A stretch of 64,000 nucleotides of DNA from an uncultured Solirubrobacterales bacterium (GTDB lineage Bacteria > Actinomycetota > Thermoleophilia > Solirubrobacterales > Solirubrobacteraceae). The DNA lies in assembly GCA_963771915.1 (NCBI GenBank), contig CAVYVD010000002.1, positions 506,511 to 570,510 of the forward strand, given 5' to 3'. The stretch's first letter is position 1. The number at the start of each line of letters is the position of its first letter. A program made the position numbers and the translations under genes. The notes under the pieces are model-generated. The model was not told the DNA's origin, did not search any database, and saw only the letters and a list, made by a program, of their open reading frames with translations. Shown here one piece after another: positions 22,082 to 31,521 of the stretch.

Positions 22082-24280
22082 ATGAGCCAGGAGGAGCCGC
22101 CGCTGTGGGAGCCGACTCCGCAGGCGCGGGAGAGCGCGTGGATGACTCGCTTCATGGGCTGGGCGGGAGAGCGGGAGGGCCGGACGTTCGAGGACTACGA
22201 GCAGCTGCGGCAGTGGTCGGTGCAGGAGCTCGAGGGCTTTTGGGCGGGGATCTGGGAGTTCTTCGGGGTGCGCTGCTCGCATCCCTACGAGCGGGTGCTT
22301 GGCGATCGTGGATCGGAGGGATCCCCGATCGACCGAAGCCGGGAGACACTCGCCTCCGGCGAGCATCCCCGTTTCGGCCGGCGCACGATGCCGGGCGCGA
22401 GGTGGTTTCCGGGCGCGTGCTTGAACTACGCGGAGAACATGCTGATGCGGGGGCGCGATCCGGATGCGACGGCGGTGCTGCACGCCTCCGAGCTGCGCGA
22501 GCTTGGGGAGCTGACGTGGGGGGAGCTCTCCGCGAAGGTGGCCGCGGTGGCGGGCGGGCTGCGCGCGCTGGGCGTGAAACGGGGGGAGAGGGTGGTGGCG
22601 TACATGCCGAACATCCCCGAGACGCTGATCGCCTTCCTGGCCACCGCGAGCGTGGGCGCGATCTGGTCGAGCGCGGCGCCGGAGTTCGGGGCGCGCGGCG
22701 TGATCGACCGCTTCGCGCAGATCGAGCCGAGCGTGCTGCTCGCGGTGGACGGCTACCGCCACGGGGGCAAGGACTTCGACCGCCGCCCCATCGTGGAGGA
22801 GATCCTCGCCGAGCTGCCCAGCGTGCGCCACGCGGTGCTCGTGCCCTACCTGTTCGAGGGCTCGGCGGCCACGCCACCCATGCCCACCTCGCCTGCGTCC
22901 TCCCCGCCGGCCCCCGCGTCCGAGAGCTCGCCCGGCCCTGGCGTGGTGGAGGTCATCACGTGGGTTCAGCTGCGCGAGCGCGGCGCGGGCGAGGATGGGT
23001 CGCCCCCGGAGCACCGGTTCGAGCAGGTCCCCTTCGAGCACCCCCTGTGGGTGCTGTACTCCTCGGGCACCACGGGTCTGCCGAAGGCGATCGTGCACAG
23101 CCACGGGGGGATCCTGGTGGAGCAGTTGAAGAAGGGCCATCTGCACCTGGACCTGCACGAGGGGGAGCGCATGTTCTGGTACACGACGACGGGCTGGATG
23201 ATGTGGAACTTCCTGGTCGGCTGCCTCTTCACGGGGGCGGCGATCGTGCTCTACGACGGCAGCCCCGGGCACCCGGACCTGGGCGCGATGTGGGCGCTCG
23301 CGGAGCGCACCGGAATGACCTGCATGGGTCTCAGCGCGGGCTTTTTGAGCGCCTGCGAGCAGGCGGGCGTGCAGCCCGGGAGGAACTTCGATCTGAGCGC
23401 GCTGCGCAGCATCGGCTCGACCGGCTCGCCGCTTGCGCCGGAGAGCTTTGCGTGGGTGTACCGCGAGGTGAAGCCGGACGTGTGGCTGTTCTCCACGAGC
23501 GGGGGCACCGATGTGTGCACGGCGTTCGTGGGCAGCTGCCCACTGCTGCCGGTATACAAAGGGGAGCTGCAGTGCCGCGTGCTGGGGTGCGCGGTGGAGT
23601 CCTGGGACGAGCGGGGGCGCAGTGTGCTCGACGAGGTGGGGGAGCTGGTGCTGACCGAGCCGCTGCCCTCGATGCCGCTCTTCTTCTGGGGGGACCCCGA
23701 GGGGGAGCGCTACCGGGAGAGCTACTTCTCGATGTACCCCGGCGTGTGGCGCCACGGGGACTGGATCAGGATCACCCCGCGCGGGGGCGCGGTGATCTAC
23801 GGCCGCTCGGACGCCACCATCAACCGCCAGGGGGTGCGGATGGGAACGAGCGAGATCTACCGCGCGGCGGGCGCCGTGGAGGAGGTGGTGGACGCGCTGG
23901 TGGTGGACCTCCCGGTCGATATCCGTCCGGCCGCTGCCCCTCCAGCCGATGCTCCTCCCACGGCGGCCCCTCGAGCCGGCTCCCTCCCGCTGGAGCTGCA
24001 GATGTGGCTGTTCGTGGTGCTGAGCCCCGGAGTGAAGCTGGACGACGCGCTGATGGGCGCGATCAAGCGGCGCATCCACGAGGACTGCTCGCCGCGTCAC
24101 GTCCCCGACCGGGTGATGCAGATCGAGGAGGTGCCGCGCACGCTCTCGGGCAAGGCGCTGGAGGTGCCCGTGAAGCGGATCCTGATGGGCGCACCGGCGG
24201 GGGAGGCGGCGAGCGTGGGCTCGCTGGCGAACCCGGGAGCGCTTGAGTACTTCGTGCGGCTCGCGCAGACGCTTGGCTGA
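22082..24280 (+). CDS. Acetoacetate--CoA ligase
   Basis: WFPGACLNYAEN, YSSGTTGLPKAIVH, TTTGWMMWN, SGGTDVC, WRHGDW, GRSDATINRQGVRMG. Confidence 0.95.
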   Translation: MSQEEPPLWEPTPQARESAWMTRFMGWAGEREGRTFEDYEQLRQWSVQELEGFWAGIWEFFGVRCSHPYERVLGDRGSEGSPIDRSRETLASGEHPRFGRRTMPGARWFPGACLNYAENMLMRGRDPDATAVLHASELRELGELTWGELSAKVAAVAGGLRALGVKRGERVVAYMPNIPETLIAFLATASVGAIWSSAAPEFGARGVIDRFAQIEPSVLLAVDGYRHGGKDFDRRPIVEEILAELPSVRHAVLVPYLFEGSAATPPMPTSPASSPPAPASESSPGPGVVEVITWVQLRERGAGEDGSPPEHRFEQVPFEHPLWVLYSSGTTGLPKAIVHSHGGILVEQLKKGHLHLDLHEGERMFWYTTTGWMMWNFLVGCLFTGAAIVLYDGSPGHPDLGAMWALAERTGMTCMGLSAGFLSACEQAGVQPGRNFDLSALRSIGSTGSPLAPESFAWVYREVKPDVWLFSTSGGTDVCTAFVGSCPLLPVYKGELQCRVLGCAVESWDERGRSVLDEVGELVLTEPLPSMPLFFWGDPEGERYRESYFSMYPGVWRHGDWIRITPRGGAVIYGRSDATINRQGVRMGTSEIYRAAGAVEEVVDALVVDLPVDIRPAAAPPADAPPTAAPRAGSLPLELQMWLFVVLSPGVKLDDALMGAIKRRIHEDCSPRHVPDRVMQIEEVPRTLSGKALEVPVKRILMGAPAGEAASVGSLANPGALEYFVRLAQTLG
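22331..22379 (-). repeat. 45-bp palindromic coding element, copy 2 (antisense in acetoacetate-CoA ligase)
   Basis: Reverse complement ggccgaaacggggatgctcgccggaggcgagtgtctcccggcttcggtc. Confidence 0.85.
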
Positions 24281-24336
24281 AGGTTCCGGGGCGCTCCGGG
24301 AGGAGTCCGAGCGGGGGGCGTCGAACAACGGGGCCG

Positions 24337-25236
24337 ATGAAGCGAACAGGATCGACAACAGTGCAGGCGCCACCCGTCGGCGTCTCGGGCGAGCACCAGA
24401 GCCTCTCGAAGTACATCCAGACGCGCTTCGACGGCTGCTCGCGCTCCCAGAAGGACGTGGCGCAGTACATCGTGGACCACCTCGACGAGGCGGCCTTTCA
24501 GACGGCGGAGGAGCTGGCGCGCCGCGCGAACACCTCGAGCTCGACGGTGGTGCGCTTCTCCCAGGCGCTCGGCTTCGAGGGCTTCCCCGAGTTGCAGGCG
24601 GCGGCGCGGGAGGAGTACCGGCGTCTGCACGCGGCGGGCGGGCGGGAGTCCGGGCAATCTTCAAACGGGAGCTCCACCCCCCTGTTCTCCCTGGACCAGA
24701 ACGAGTTCGAGGCGGCCCTGGCGGCGGATCACCTGAACGTGGAGGAGACCGCGCGCAAGGTCTCAAGAGCGGCCGTGGACGAACTGATCGACGCGATCGT
24801 GAGCGCGGAGAAGGTGCTGGTGGCGGGCACCGACCAGATGGCGTTCTTCGCGAGCTACCTGCGCCACCTGCTGATGCTGCTGGACCTGCGGGTGGATGTG
24901 GTGGCGAGCCCCTCCCAGGAGGCGCTGAGCCGTCTCGGGCGCATCGACGGGGGCACGCTCGTTATCGGCCTCTCCGCGGGGCGCCCCCACCCGCTGGTGC
25001 TGCGCGCGATGAAGCTCGCGCGTCACCGCAAGGCGCGCACCGCGGCGATCACCGACGCGACCCTCTCGGAGGTGGCGAAGCTCGCGCAGATCAAGCTCTA
25101 CTACTCCTCCAACAGCCCCGCCTACGTGCGCTCGCACGCGGCCCTCCTGAGCCTCATCCAAGCGCTTGCCTACGGGGTCTACTCGCGCGACAGCGCGCAG
25201 TATGAAGACCGCATCAAGGCCTTCCGGCTGAAGTAG
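24337..25236 (+). CDS. MurR/RpiR family transcriptional regulator
   Basis: [31 protein letters not shown] plus SIS domain. Confidence 0.92.
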   Translation: MKRTGSTTVQAPPVGVSGEHQSLSKYIQTRFDGCSRSQKDVAQYIVDHLDEAAFQTAEELARRANTSSSTVVRFSQALGFEGFPELQAAAREEYRRLHAAGGRESGQSSNGSSTPLFSLDQNEFEAALAADHLNVEETARKVSRAAVDELIDAIVSAEKVLVAGTDQMAFFASYLRHLLMLLDLRVDVVASPSQEALSRLGRIDGGTLVIGLSAGRPHPLVLRAMKLARHRKARTAAITDATLSEVAKLAQIKLYYSSNSPAYVRSHAALLSLIQALAYGVYSRDSAQYEDRIKAFRLK

Positions 25237-25264
25237 CACGACCCGGGCGTCTAGACTTCGCTCC

Positions 25265-26149
25265 ATGCGCGACGAGGCGACGTTCACGGTCAAGGCCGGC
25301 CTGGCGGAGATGCTCAAGGGGGGTGTGATCATGGACGTGGTCACCCCCGAGCAGGCGAAGATCGCCGAGGACGCGGGCGCCGCCGCTGTGATGGCGCTCG
25401 AACGGGTACCCGCGGACATCCGCCGCGACGGGGGTGTGGCGCGGATGTCGGACCCCGAGATGATTGCGGGGATCCAGGAGGCGGTGAGCATCCCGGTGAT
25501 GGCGAAGGCGCGCATCGGGCACTTCGTGGAGGCCCAGGTGCTGGAGGCGCTGGAGGTGGACTACGTCGACGAGTCCGAGGTGCTGACCCCCTCGGACGAG
25601 GCCAACCACATCGACAAGTGGGCCTTCAAGGTGCCCTTCGTGTGCGGCGCCACCAACCTCGGTGAGGCGCTGCGGCGCATCGGCGAGGGCGCCGCGATGA
25701 TCCGCTCCAAGGGCGAGGCCGGCACGGGGGACATCGTGGAGGCGGTGCGCCACATGCGCATGATCACGGGGGCGATCCGCCGTCTGGGGACCCTGCGGGA
25801 GAGCGAGCTCGCCACAGCCGCCAAGGAGCACGGGGCGCCGCTCGATCTCGTGCGCCGGGTCGCCGCTGAGGGGCGCCTGCCGGTGGTGCTGTTCTGCGCG
25901 GGGGGCATCGCCACGCCCGCGGACGCCGCGCTGATGATGGCGCTGGGCGCGGAGGGGGTGTTCGTGGGCTCGGGGATCTTCAAGTCCGAGGACCCCCCCA
26001 CGCGGGCGCGGGCGATCGTGGAGGCCACCACCCACTGGCAGGACCCCGCGCGCGTCGCGCAGGCCTCGCGGGGCCTCGGCAGCGCGATGGTGAGCCTGGA
26101 GAGCTCCAAGCTCGGGGGCGAGCAGCTGCTCGCTCAGCGCGGCTGGTAG
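25265..26149 (+). CDS. pdxS: PLP synthase subunit PdxS
   Basis: [35 protein letters not shown]. Confidence 0.98.
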   Translation: MRDEATFTVKAGLAEMLKGGVIMDVVTPEQAKIAEDAGAAAVMALERVPADIRRDGGVARMSDPEMIAGIQEAVSIPVMAKARIGHFVEAQVLEALEVDYVDESEVLTPSDEANHIDKWAFKVPFVCGATNLGEALRRIGEGAAMIRSKGEAGTGDIVEAVRHMRMITGAIRRLGTLRESELATAAKEHGAPLDLVRRVAAEGRLPVVLFCAGGIATPADAALMMALGAEGVFVGSGIFKSEDPPTRARAIVEATTHWQDPARVAQASRGLGSAMVSLESSKLGGEQLLAQRGW

Positions 26150-26151
26150 GC

Positions 26152-26287
26152 GTAGGACGGTCGATGGCCGGCGCTGGCCGTGGTCCTCGTTCGCTCATGT
26201 GCTGGCCGATTGGAGATCCCTCCGATCTCCAATCGGTACATTTCCGCTCTCTGCGTCCTAGGCCAGCTTGACCCTCGACCGTCCTAC
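26152..26287. repeat. 136-bp nested palindrome (MITE/REP-like) between pdxS and pdxT
   Basis: Perfect 13-bp terminal IR GTAGGACGGTCGA/TCGACCGTCCTAC; inner GCTGGCC/GGCCAGC; central CCGATTGGAGATC/GATCTCCAATCGG. Confidence 0.8.
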
Positions 26288-26307
26288 CGGTTAGCACCGG
26301 AACAGAA

Positions 26308-26949
26308 GTGAGAGACGACGCGCCTCCGGTGCCGGCGGCTCAGCCGCTCGTGGGGGTGCTCGCACTGCAGGGCGGCTTCGAGGCCCACGCGCGGATGCTG
26401 CGCGGCTTGGGGGCACGGGTCCGCGAGGTGCGCACCCCCGCGGACCTGGAGGGCATCGAGGGGCTCGTGATCCCCGGAGGGGAGTCCACGACGATGACGC
26501 TGGGGATCGAGCGCGAGGGACTCGCCGAGCCGCTGCGCACGCTCGCCGGCCGGGGGGCGGGAGAGGATGGGATAGACGGGATTCCGGTCCTCGGCTCCTG
26601 CGCGGGGCTGATCATGCTCGATCGGGAGCACCTCGGGCTGATGGACATGCGCGCGCGGCGCAATGCCTTCGGGCGCCAGATCTCGAGCTTCGAGGCGGAC
26701 GTGAAGCTACGCGGGGTCTCGGACTCGCCCGCCCCTCCGCTGCGGGGAGTCTTCATCCGGGCGCCCTGGATCGCCGAACATGGCCCGCGGGTGGAGATCC
26801 TCGCTGAACTGCAAGGCCACCCGATCGCAGCGCGCGAGGGGGACCTCATCGCGGTGGCCTTCCACTCCGAGCTCACCGAGGACGATCGCGTGCACCGGCT
26901 GTTCCTCGATGCCGTTCTGCGCCGGCGCGCTGTGGCGGCGGGACACTGA
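26308..26949 (+). CDS. pdxT: PLP synthase glutaminase subunit PdxT
   Basis: GVLALQG, PGGEST, GSCAG, RNAFGRQ, FIRAP, FHSE. Confidence 0.96.
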   Translation: MRDDAPPVPAAQPLVGVLALQGGFEAHARMLRGLGARVREVRTPADLEGIEGLVIPGGESTTMTLGIEREGLAEPLRTLAGRGAGEDGIDGIPVLGSCAGLIMLDREHLGLMDMRARRNAFGRQISSFEADVKLRGVSDSPAPPLRGVFIRAPWIAEHGPRVEILAELQGHPIAAREGDLIAVAFHSELTEDDRVHRLFLDAVLRRRAVAAGH

Positions 26950-26953
26950 GGCG

Positions 26954-27400
26954 ATGCGCATTGCGGTTTCAGCAGATGAGCGGGTCGGAGTCTCGGGCGG
27001 GTTGATCGCCGCGCTGGAGCGACGAGGGCACACGGCGATCCCACATGGCGCGCTCGCATCGGGGGAGCGCGAGGATTGGGCGTGGGCCGCGGAGGCCGCG
27101 GCACGCGAGGTAGCGCAGGGGAGCGCCGAGCAGGCTGTGGTGTGCTGCTGGACCGGTACGGGCGCATCGATCGTCGCCAACAAGGTCCCCGGCGTGCGCG
27201 CGGCGCTCTGCTCCGACGCCGCGACCGCGGCTGGGGCGCGGCGGTGGAATGACGCCAACGTGCTCGCACTCAGCCTGCGCTCGACATCGGAGGCCGAGCT
27301 CGAGGAGATCCTTGACGCGTGGTTCGCGGGGAAGCCCTCGACCGAGGCCAAGGATCGCGCGAATGTGGAGCATCTGGTGGAGATCGAGCGTTCCAAATGA
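26954..27400 (+). CDS. RpiB/LacA/LacB family sugar-phosphate isomerase
   Basis: CCWTGTGASIVANKVPGVRAAL, ARRWNDANVL. Confidence 0.92.
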   Translation: MRIAVSADERVGVSGGLIAALERRGHTAIPHGALASGEREDWAWAAEAAAREVAQGSAEQAVVCCWTGTGASIVANKVPGVRAALCSDAATAAGARRWNDANVLALSLRSTSEAELEEILDAWFAGKPSTEAKDRANVEHLVEIERSK

Positions 27401-27430
27401 AGCTCCTCGACGGGCCCGAAGGACCATGGC

Positions 27431-27493
27431 AGCAGAACACCACACGTTGGGAGCAGAACACCACACCATCGGGGTAGAACACCGCACTTTCGG
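27431..27493 (+). repeat. 3 x 21-bp tandem repeat upstream of the pilin cassette
   Basis: agcagaacaccacacgttggg / agcagaacaccacaccatcgg / ggtagaacaccgcactttcgg. Confidence 0.8.
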
Positions 27494-27511
27494 TCAAGCT
27501 GCGACCCCAGC

Positions 27512-28246
27512 GTGTCGAAGGCAAGGGGAAGGCTCCTCGAGCCTCGTGCCATGCGTACTTCCCTTTCAGCCAGTTGGTCTGCTGCCGCGTCCCGGTGTGT
27601 TTCAGTGCTCCCGTCGGTCCGGCGATCGACCGTTCGACGCTCGCGGCCGACGCCGCTCGCCCGCGCGGGGGATCGGCCCCGCCGCACACCGTCAGGCTCC
27701 GAGGCCGGTTTCGCGCTCGTCGAACTGCTCGTTGCGTGCGCCGTGGCCAGCATCGTGTTTACCGCGACGCTCGTACTGCTCGTATCGGGCCAGCAGATCG
27801 AGGCGCGCGATTCCGCTTGGGGGCAGACGCTGCAGGAAGGCCGCGCCGGGATGTCCCGCATGCTGCGCGACATCCGCCAGGCGTCCAAGGTCGAAGAAGC
27901 GAAAGCCGGCGCGATCGTGTTCCTCGCCAGGGTCTCAAACAAGAACTGGACGATCAAGTACGAATGCGGTGTCGGCCAACCGGGCACCGAATACACCGAG
28001 TGCGTCCGCATCGCCGCCGAAGAAGGCAAAGCGCTCCCGAGCTCCGGCTCGGTGATCGTGCGCGATGTCCTCAACGGGAGCGAAGTCTTCTCCTACTCGC
28101 CGAGTGCCGCCGCCCCCACGATCGCGCGGGTGAAGATCGAAATCCCCGCCAAGGGGACGCTCAAGCAGGCCGCCGGCAGCGGCTACAAGCACAGGGTCGT
28201 GCTCGAAGACGCCGCCTTCATGCGCAACCTCTATCTCAAAGGCTGA
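27512..28246 (+). CDS. Type IV prepilin-like protein (PilW-like); start uncertain
   Basis: Class III signal G|FALVELLVA followed by a hydrophobic helix. Confidence 0.85.
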   Translation: MSKARGRLLEPRAMRTSLSASWSAAASRCVSVLPSVRRSTVRRSRPTPLARAGDRPRRTPSGSEAGFALVELLVACAVASIVFTATLVLLVSGQQIEARDSAWGQTLQEGRAGMSRMLRDIRQASKVEEAKAGAIVFLARVSNKNWTIKYECGVGQPGTEYTECVRIAAEEGKALPSSGSVIVRDVLNGSEVFSYSPSAAAPTIARVKIEIPAKGTLKQAAGSGYKHRVVLEDAAFMRNLYLKG

Positions 28247-28247
28247 G

Positions 28248-28898
28248 ATGCGACCCCTGCCCAACACCAATCGCCGCCGATCGCCCCCTCCCCGCGCTGA
28301 GGACGGCTTCACGCTGATCGAAGTGCTGGTCGCCGCGCTCGTGCTGACCGTGGGGATAGTCGGGCTGATCGGTGCCTTCAACAGCGCGCGCAAGCTGACG
28401 CTGCTCTCCGAACGCCGCACGGCGATGGCCCATATCGCGCAGCTGGAGCTCGAGCGTCTGCAGAGCTACCCATACAGCCAGCTCGCGATGGCCTCGGCTC
28501 CGGTCCATTCGAGCGAAAAAAGCAACCCCGACTTCTACATCGCCGAAGGCGCCGAACCCACCTACCAGTACGGCGCCATCGCCGGCGAAACCGAGTCGCT
28601 GGTGGTCGCGGCGAAAGAATGCGCGAGCACCACCGAAACGGGCTGCGGGTGGGTCGCGGCGGCGCCGAGCGCCAGGCAGTGCTCGACAACGGTGGGTGCC
28701 TGCGAATGGACCAACGGCCAGGTCAGCGGCAGGCTCTACGACTTCGTGACGTGGCACACCGACAAAAACTGCGGCTTGAAATGCCCGGCAAAGGAAGACT
28801 ACAAGCGTCTCACGGTGGTCGTGACCGTGAAGGTGCCGGGCGGCACCCACGAACCGTCGTCCGTCCGAATCTCGACGCTGGTCGCCGAAAGCCCATGA
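28248..28898 (+). CDS. Type IV prepilin-like protein (PilV-like)
   Basis: G|FTLIEVLVAALVL; C-terminal YKRLTVVVTV; 6 Cys. Confidence 0.88.
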   Translation: MRPLPNTNRRRSPPPRAEDGFTLIEVLVAALVLTVGIVGLIGAFNSARKLTLLSERRTAMAHIAQLELERLQSYPYSQLAMASAPVHSSEKSNPDFYIAEGAEPTYQYGAIAGETESLVVAAKECASTTETGCGWVAAAPSARQCSTTVGACEWTNGQVSGRLYDFVTWHTDKNCGLKCPAKEDYKRLTVVVTVKVPGGTHEPSSVRISTLVAESP

Positions 28899-30358
28899 CG
28901 ACCTCGAACGCGATGCGCGGCCGATGGTCAAACCGTCGTTGCTTGCCGAGCCCCAACGCCTCACAAGGGATGATCCGAATGTTCCATCTCGCCTACAAGC
29001 GCCGCCATGCCACCGACTCCGGGTTCGCCCTGCCGAGTGCGATCATCGTGCTGTTCGTCCTCGCGATGCTCGGGGGCACGGCGATTGCGGTCTCGAGCCA
29101 TACTTCCTCCTCGACCACCCGCGACACTGGCGCCAAAGCCGCGTTCGAGACCGCCGAAGCCGGACTGCAGGTCGCGAGCTACCGTCTGAGTAAGCTCGAA
29201 CCCGGCAAAGAAGAATGCATCGGCGCCAGCGCGGCGAAGAAAAGCGAAGGCGAATGCACTAGCGGCGAAGAATCAATCGGCAACGGCGCGAGCTTCCAAT
29301 ACTGGACCACGCTGGCGCTTGCGCTCAAAGGCAAGTGCGCCGGGCAGGAAGTGGTGAAAATCGAAGCGGGGGCCGCCCTGCGCTGTGTCACCTCCGAAGG
29401 GAAGGTCAACCATGTCACACCCGGCACTCGACTGCAGGTATTGGTCGAATCGAAGGTAGGCGAATCGCTGTTTCCGTCAAAGGGCATCGTCGGTCTCAAG
29501 GAAGTGAAGATAAGTGGGAGCGTGAAAGTCCCCGCAGTGGTCGCCAGCAACGAAAAGGTCATTGGCGAAGGCAGCGCCGCGTTCGAACGCGGCTACGAAC
29601 TCTGCCAGCCCAACGGCACGTTTACGCCCAAAGCCGGCGCCGAACGCAACGCCAGCGGCGTGACGATCGGCGGCGTCGGCGGCACCTTGGCGAACCCGCC
29701 GCTCGAAAAGACGCGCAGTGCGTCGGAATGCCAAATCAAAGCCCCGTATCCGCTGACCCACGCCACTGCGGCAAGCAATGAAGACGGCCGGATCGGCGTA
29801 CAGGACGAATTCTTCACAGAAGGAAAATCGGCCAACAAATTCACCGGCGCGCCCAACTATGAACTCAAACTGAGCAGCAAGAGCAAACTGACTTTGGCCG
29901 GCTCCAAATACTATTTTTGCAACCTTATCGCAGAACGTGCGGGGGAACTCATCATTCCGGCCGGCGCCCATGTCGAAATCTTCATCGACTCCCCCGAAGA
30001 CAAAGCTGCCAGCTGCCCAGCGGGCAGTGGTAAATTCGAAGGCGGAGAATTTACCCTTACAAACAAGGCCGGTCCGGCCGCGCTGCTGATCGTCATGTAC
30101 GGCAAAGGTCCGTTTGAAATCACCAAGGGGGCGACATTCGAAGGCGCGATCGACGCGCCCGAAGGCGAAGTCAACATCAACGGCGGGACCAAATTCAAGG
30201 GCGGGATCGTCGGCAGCAAGGTGCATCTAGAAAACGGAACCGGCATCTTCGAATGGAGTGAAGAAGTCGGCACACTTACAACCGGTGAAGTGACCGCCTA
30301 CGCCCGCAAGGCATGGGAGCAGTGCACCCCAGGCTCCGGGGCGAGCGAAGGCTGCTGA
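28895..30358 (+). CDS. Large PilX-like minor pilin / tip adhesin
   Basis: G|FALPSAIIVLFVL (no E5, as in PilX/GspK class); AFETAEAGL; C-terminal GAIDAP..V.I.GG..F.GGIVG; ATGA overlap with the previous gene. Confidence 0.8.
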   Translation: MTTSNAMRGRWSNRRCLPSPNASQGMIRMFHLAYKRRHATDSGFALPSAIIVLFVLAMLGGTAIAVSSHTSSSTTRDTGAKAAFETAEAGLQVASYRLSKLEPGKEECIGASAAKKSEGECTSGEESIGNGASFQYWTTLALALKGKCAGQEVVKIEAGAALRCVTSEGKVNHVTPGTRLQVLVESKVGESLFPSKGIVGLKEVKISGSVKVPAVVASNEKVIGEGSAAFERGYELCQPNGTFTPKAGAERNASGVTIGGVGGTLANPPLEKTRSASECQIKAPYPLTHATAASNEDGRIGVQDEFFTEGKSANKFTGAPNYELKLSSKSKLTLAGSKYYFCNLIAERAGELIIPAGAHVEIFIDSPEDKAASCPAGSGKFEGGEFTLTNKAGPAALLIVMYGKGPFEITKGATFEGAIDAPEGEVNINGGTKFKGGIVGSKVHLENGTGIFEWSEEVGTLTTGEVTAYARKAWEQCTPGSGASEGC

Positions 30359-30360
30359 GA

Positions 30361-31521
30361 CTAGGCCGCCTCGAACCGTGCGATCCCGTCCTCCTCGTGC
30401 TCGCGCGCGCGCCCTTCGCCGAGCAGCAGGTCGATGTGACCGAGCACCTCGGAGATCGTCAGGTAGGCCTGGGTGACCGCGACATTGCCCCACAGCTCGT
30501 GGGCCATTTCGTAGGCGGTGCGGGGCCGCTCGGCGATCAGCCGGTGGATGCGCTCGGCCCGGCGCTCGTGCAGGTGCAGGCGCTCGTCGATCAGCGCGAC
30601 GTGATCCTCGATCGGGGCGCCGTGGCCGGAGAGCACGAGCTCCAGCTCCATCGCGCGGGTCTGGCGCAGAGAGTCCAGATAGGTTGGCAGCGCCAGCGGG
30701 CGGGGCCCGTCGTAGTCGCCCTGCACCTCGAGCGGCCGCGCGAGGAGGGGGTTGGAGGAGATGTGCGCCAGCAGGTGGTCCCCGGCGATCAGCAGCGAGC
30801 GGCGCTCATCCCAGAAGACGGTGTCGGAGGGGCTGTGGCCGGGACGGTGCAGGACCCGCAGGGTGCGGTCGCGCAGCTTGAGCTCCTCCTCCTTTGCGAG
30901 CGAGCGGTCCACCTCCACGGTGCAGCCCCACGCGCGGAAGCTCGCGGAGACCGCGCGCAGCGCGGTGACAACGTCGGTGGGGACACCGTGGCGCAGCATG
31001 ATGCGGGCGGCGAAGCGGTCGTCGAGCTCCGCCTCCGCGCGGAAGTCCCGCAGGCGGCGGTCCAGGCCCTCGAGCGCCGCCACCTGCGCTCCGGAGCGCC
31101 GCGCGAGGATCGCGGCGAGGCCGAAATGGTCGATGTGCTGGTGGGTGACGATCAGCAGCTCCAGGTCCTCGATCGCGTGCCCGTGGGCGGCGAGCGCCTG
31201 TTCGAGCTCGTCCAGCGCCTTAGCGGAGTTGGGCCCCGAGTCGATCAGCGTGAGCGGCTCATCCTCGATCAGGTACGCGTTGACGCGCCCCACCGCGAAG
31301 GGCGTGGGGATCGCCAGGCAGTGGATACCCTCACCCGCCGCCCACTCCAGAGCGGCGGTTGTGGAGCGCTCGTCCCGGTCGGCGTCGCCCGTCGTGGCGC
31401 CCCACTTGGCCGCCTTCGCGGTGGTCCCGGCGCCACGTCTTGCGGAACTCGCGCCCCCGGCCGGCTTGGTGGTGGATTTGGCCGGCTTCGCCATGGGCTT
31501 GGCCGCCTCGCGGGGGCTCAT
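30361..31521 (-). CDS. MBL-fold metallo-hydrolase
   Basis: THQHIDHFG, PGHSPSD, AGDHLL, LSGHG. Confidence 0.93.
   Translation of the reverse strand: MSPREAAKPMAKPAKSTTKPAGGASSARRGAGTTAKAAKWGATTGDADRDERSTTAALEWAAGEGIHCLAIPTPFAVGRVNAYLIEDEPLTLIDSGPNSAKALDELEQALAAHGHAIEDLELLIVTHQHIDHFGLAAILARRSGAQVAALEGLDRRLRDFRAEAELDDRFAARIMLRHGVPTDVVTALRAVSASFRAWGCTVEVDRSLAKEEELKLRDRTLRVLHRPGHSPSDTVFWDERRSLLIAGDHLLAHISSNPLLARPLEVQGDYDGPRPLALPTYLDSLRQTRAMELELVLSGHGAPIEDHVALIDERLHLHERRAERIHRLIAERPRTAYEMAHELWGNVAVTQAYLTISEVLGHIDLLLGEGRAREHEEDGIARFEAA

Noticed and set aside
27431-27493. CRISPR array
   Set aside because: Contiguous 21-bp units without spacers; no cas genes
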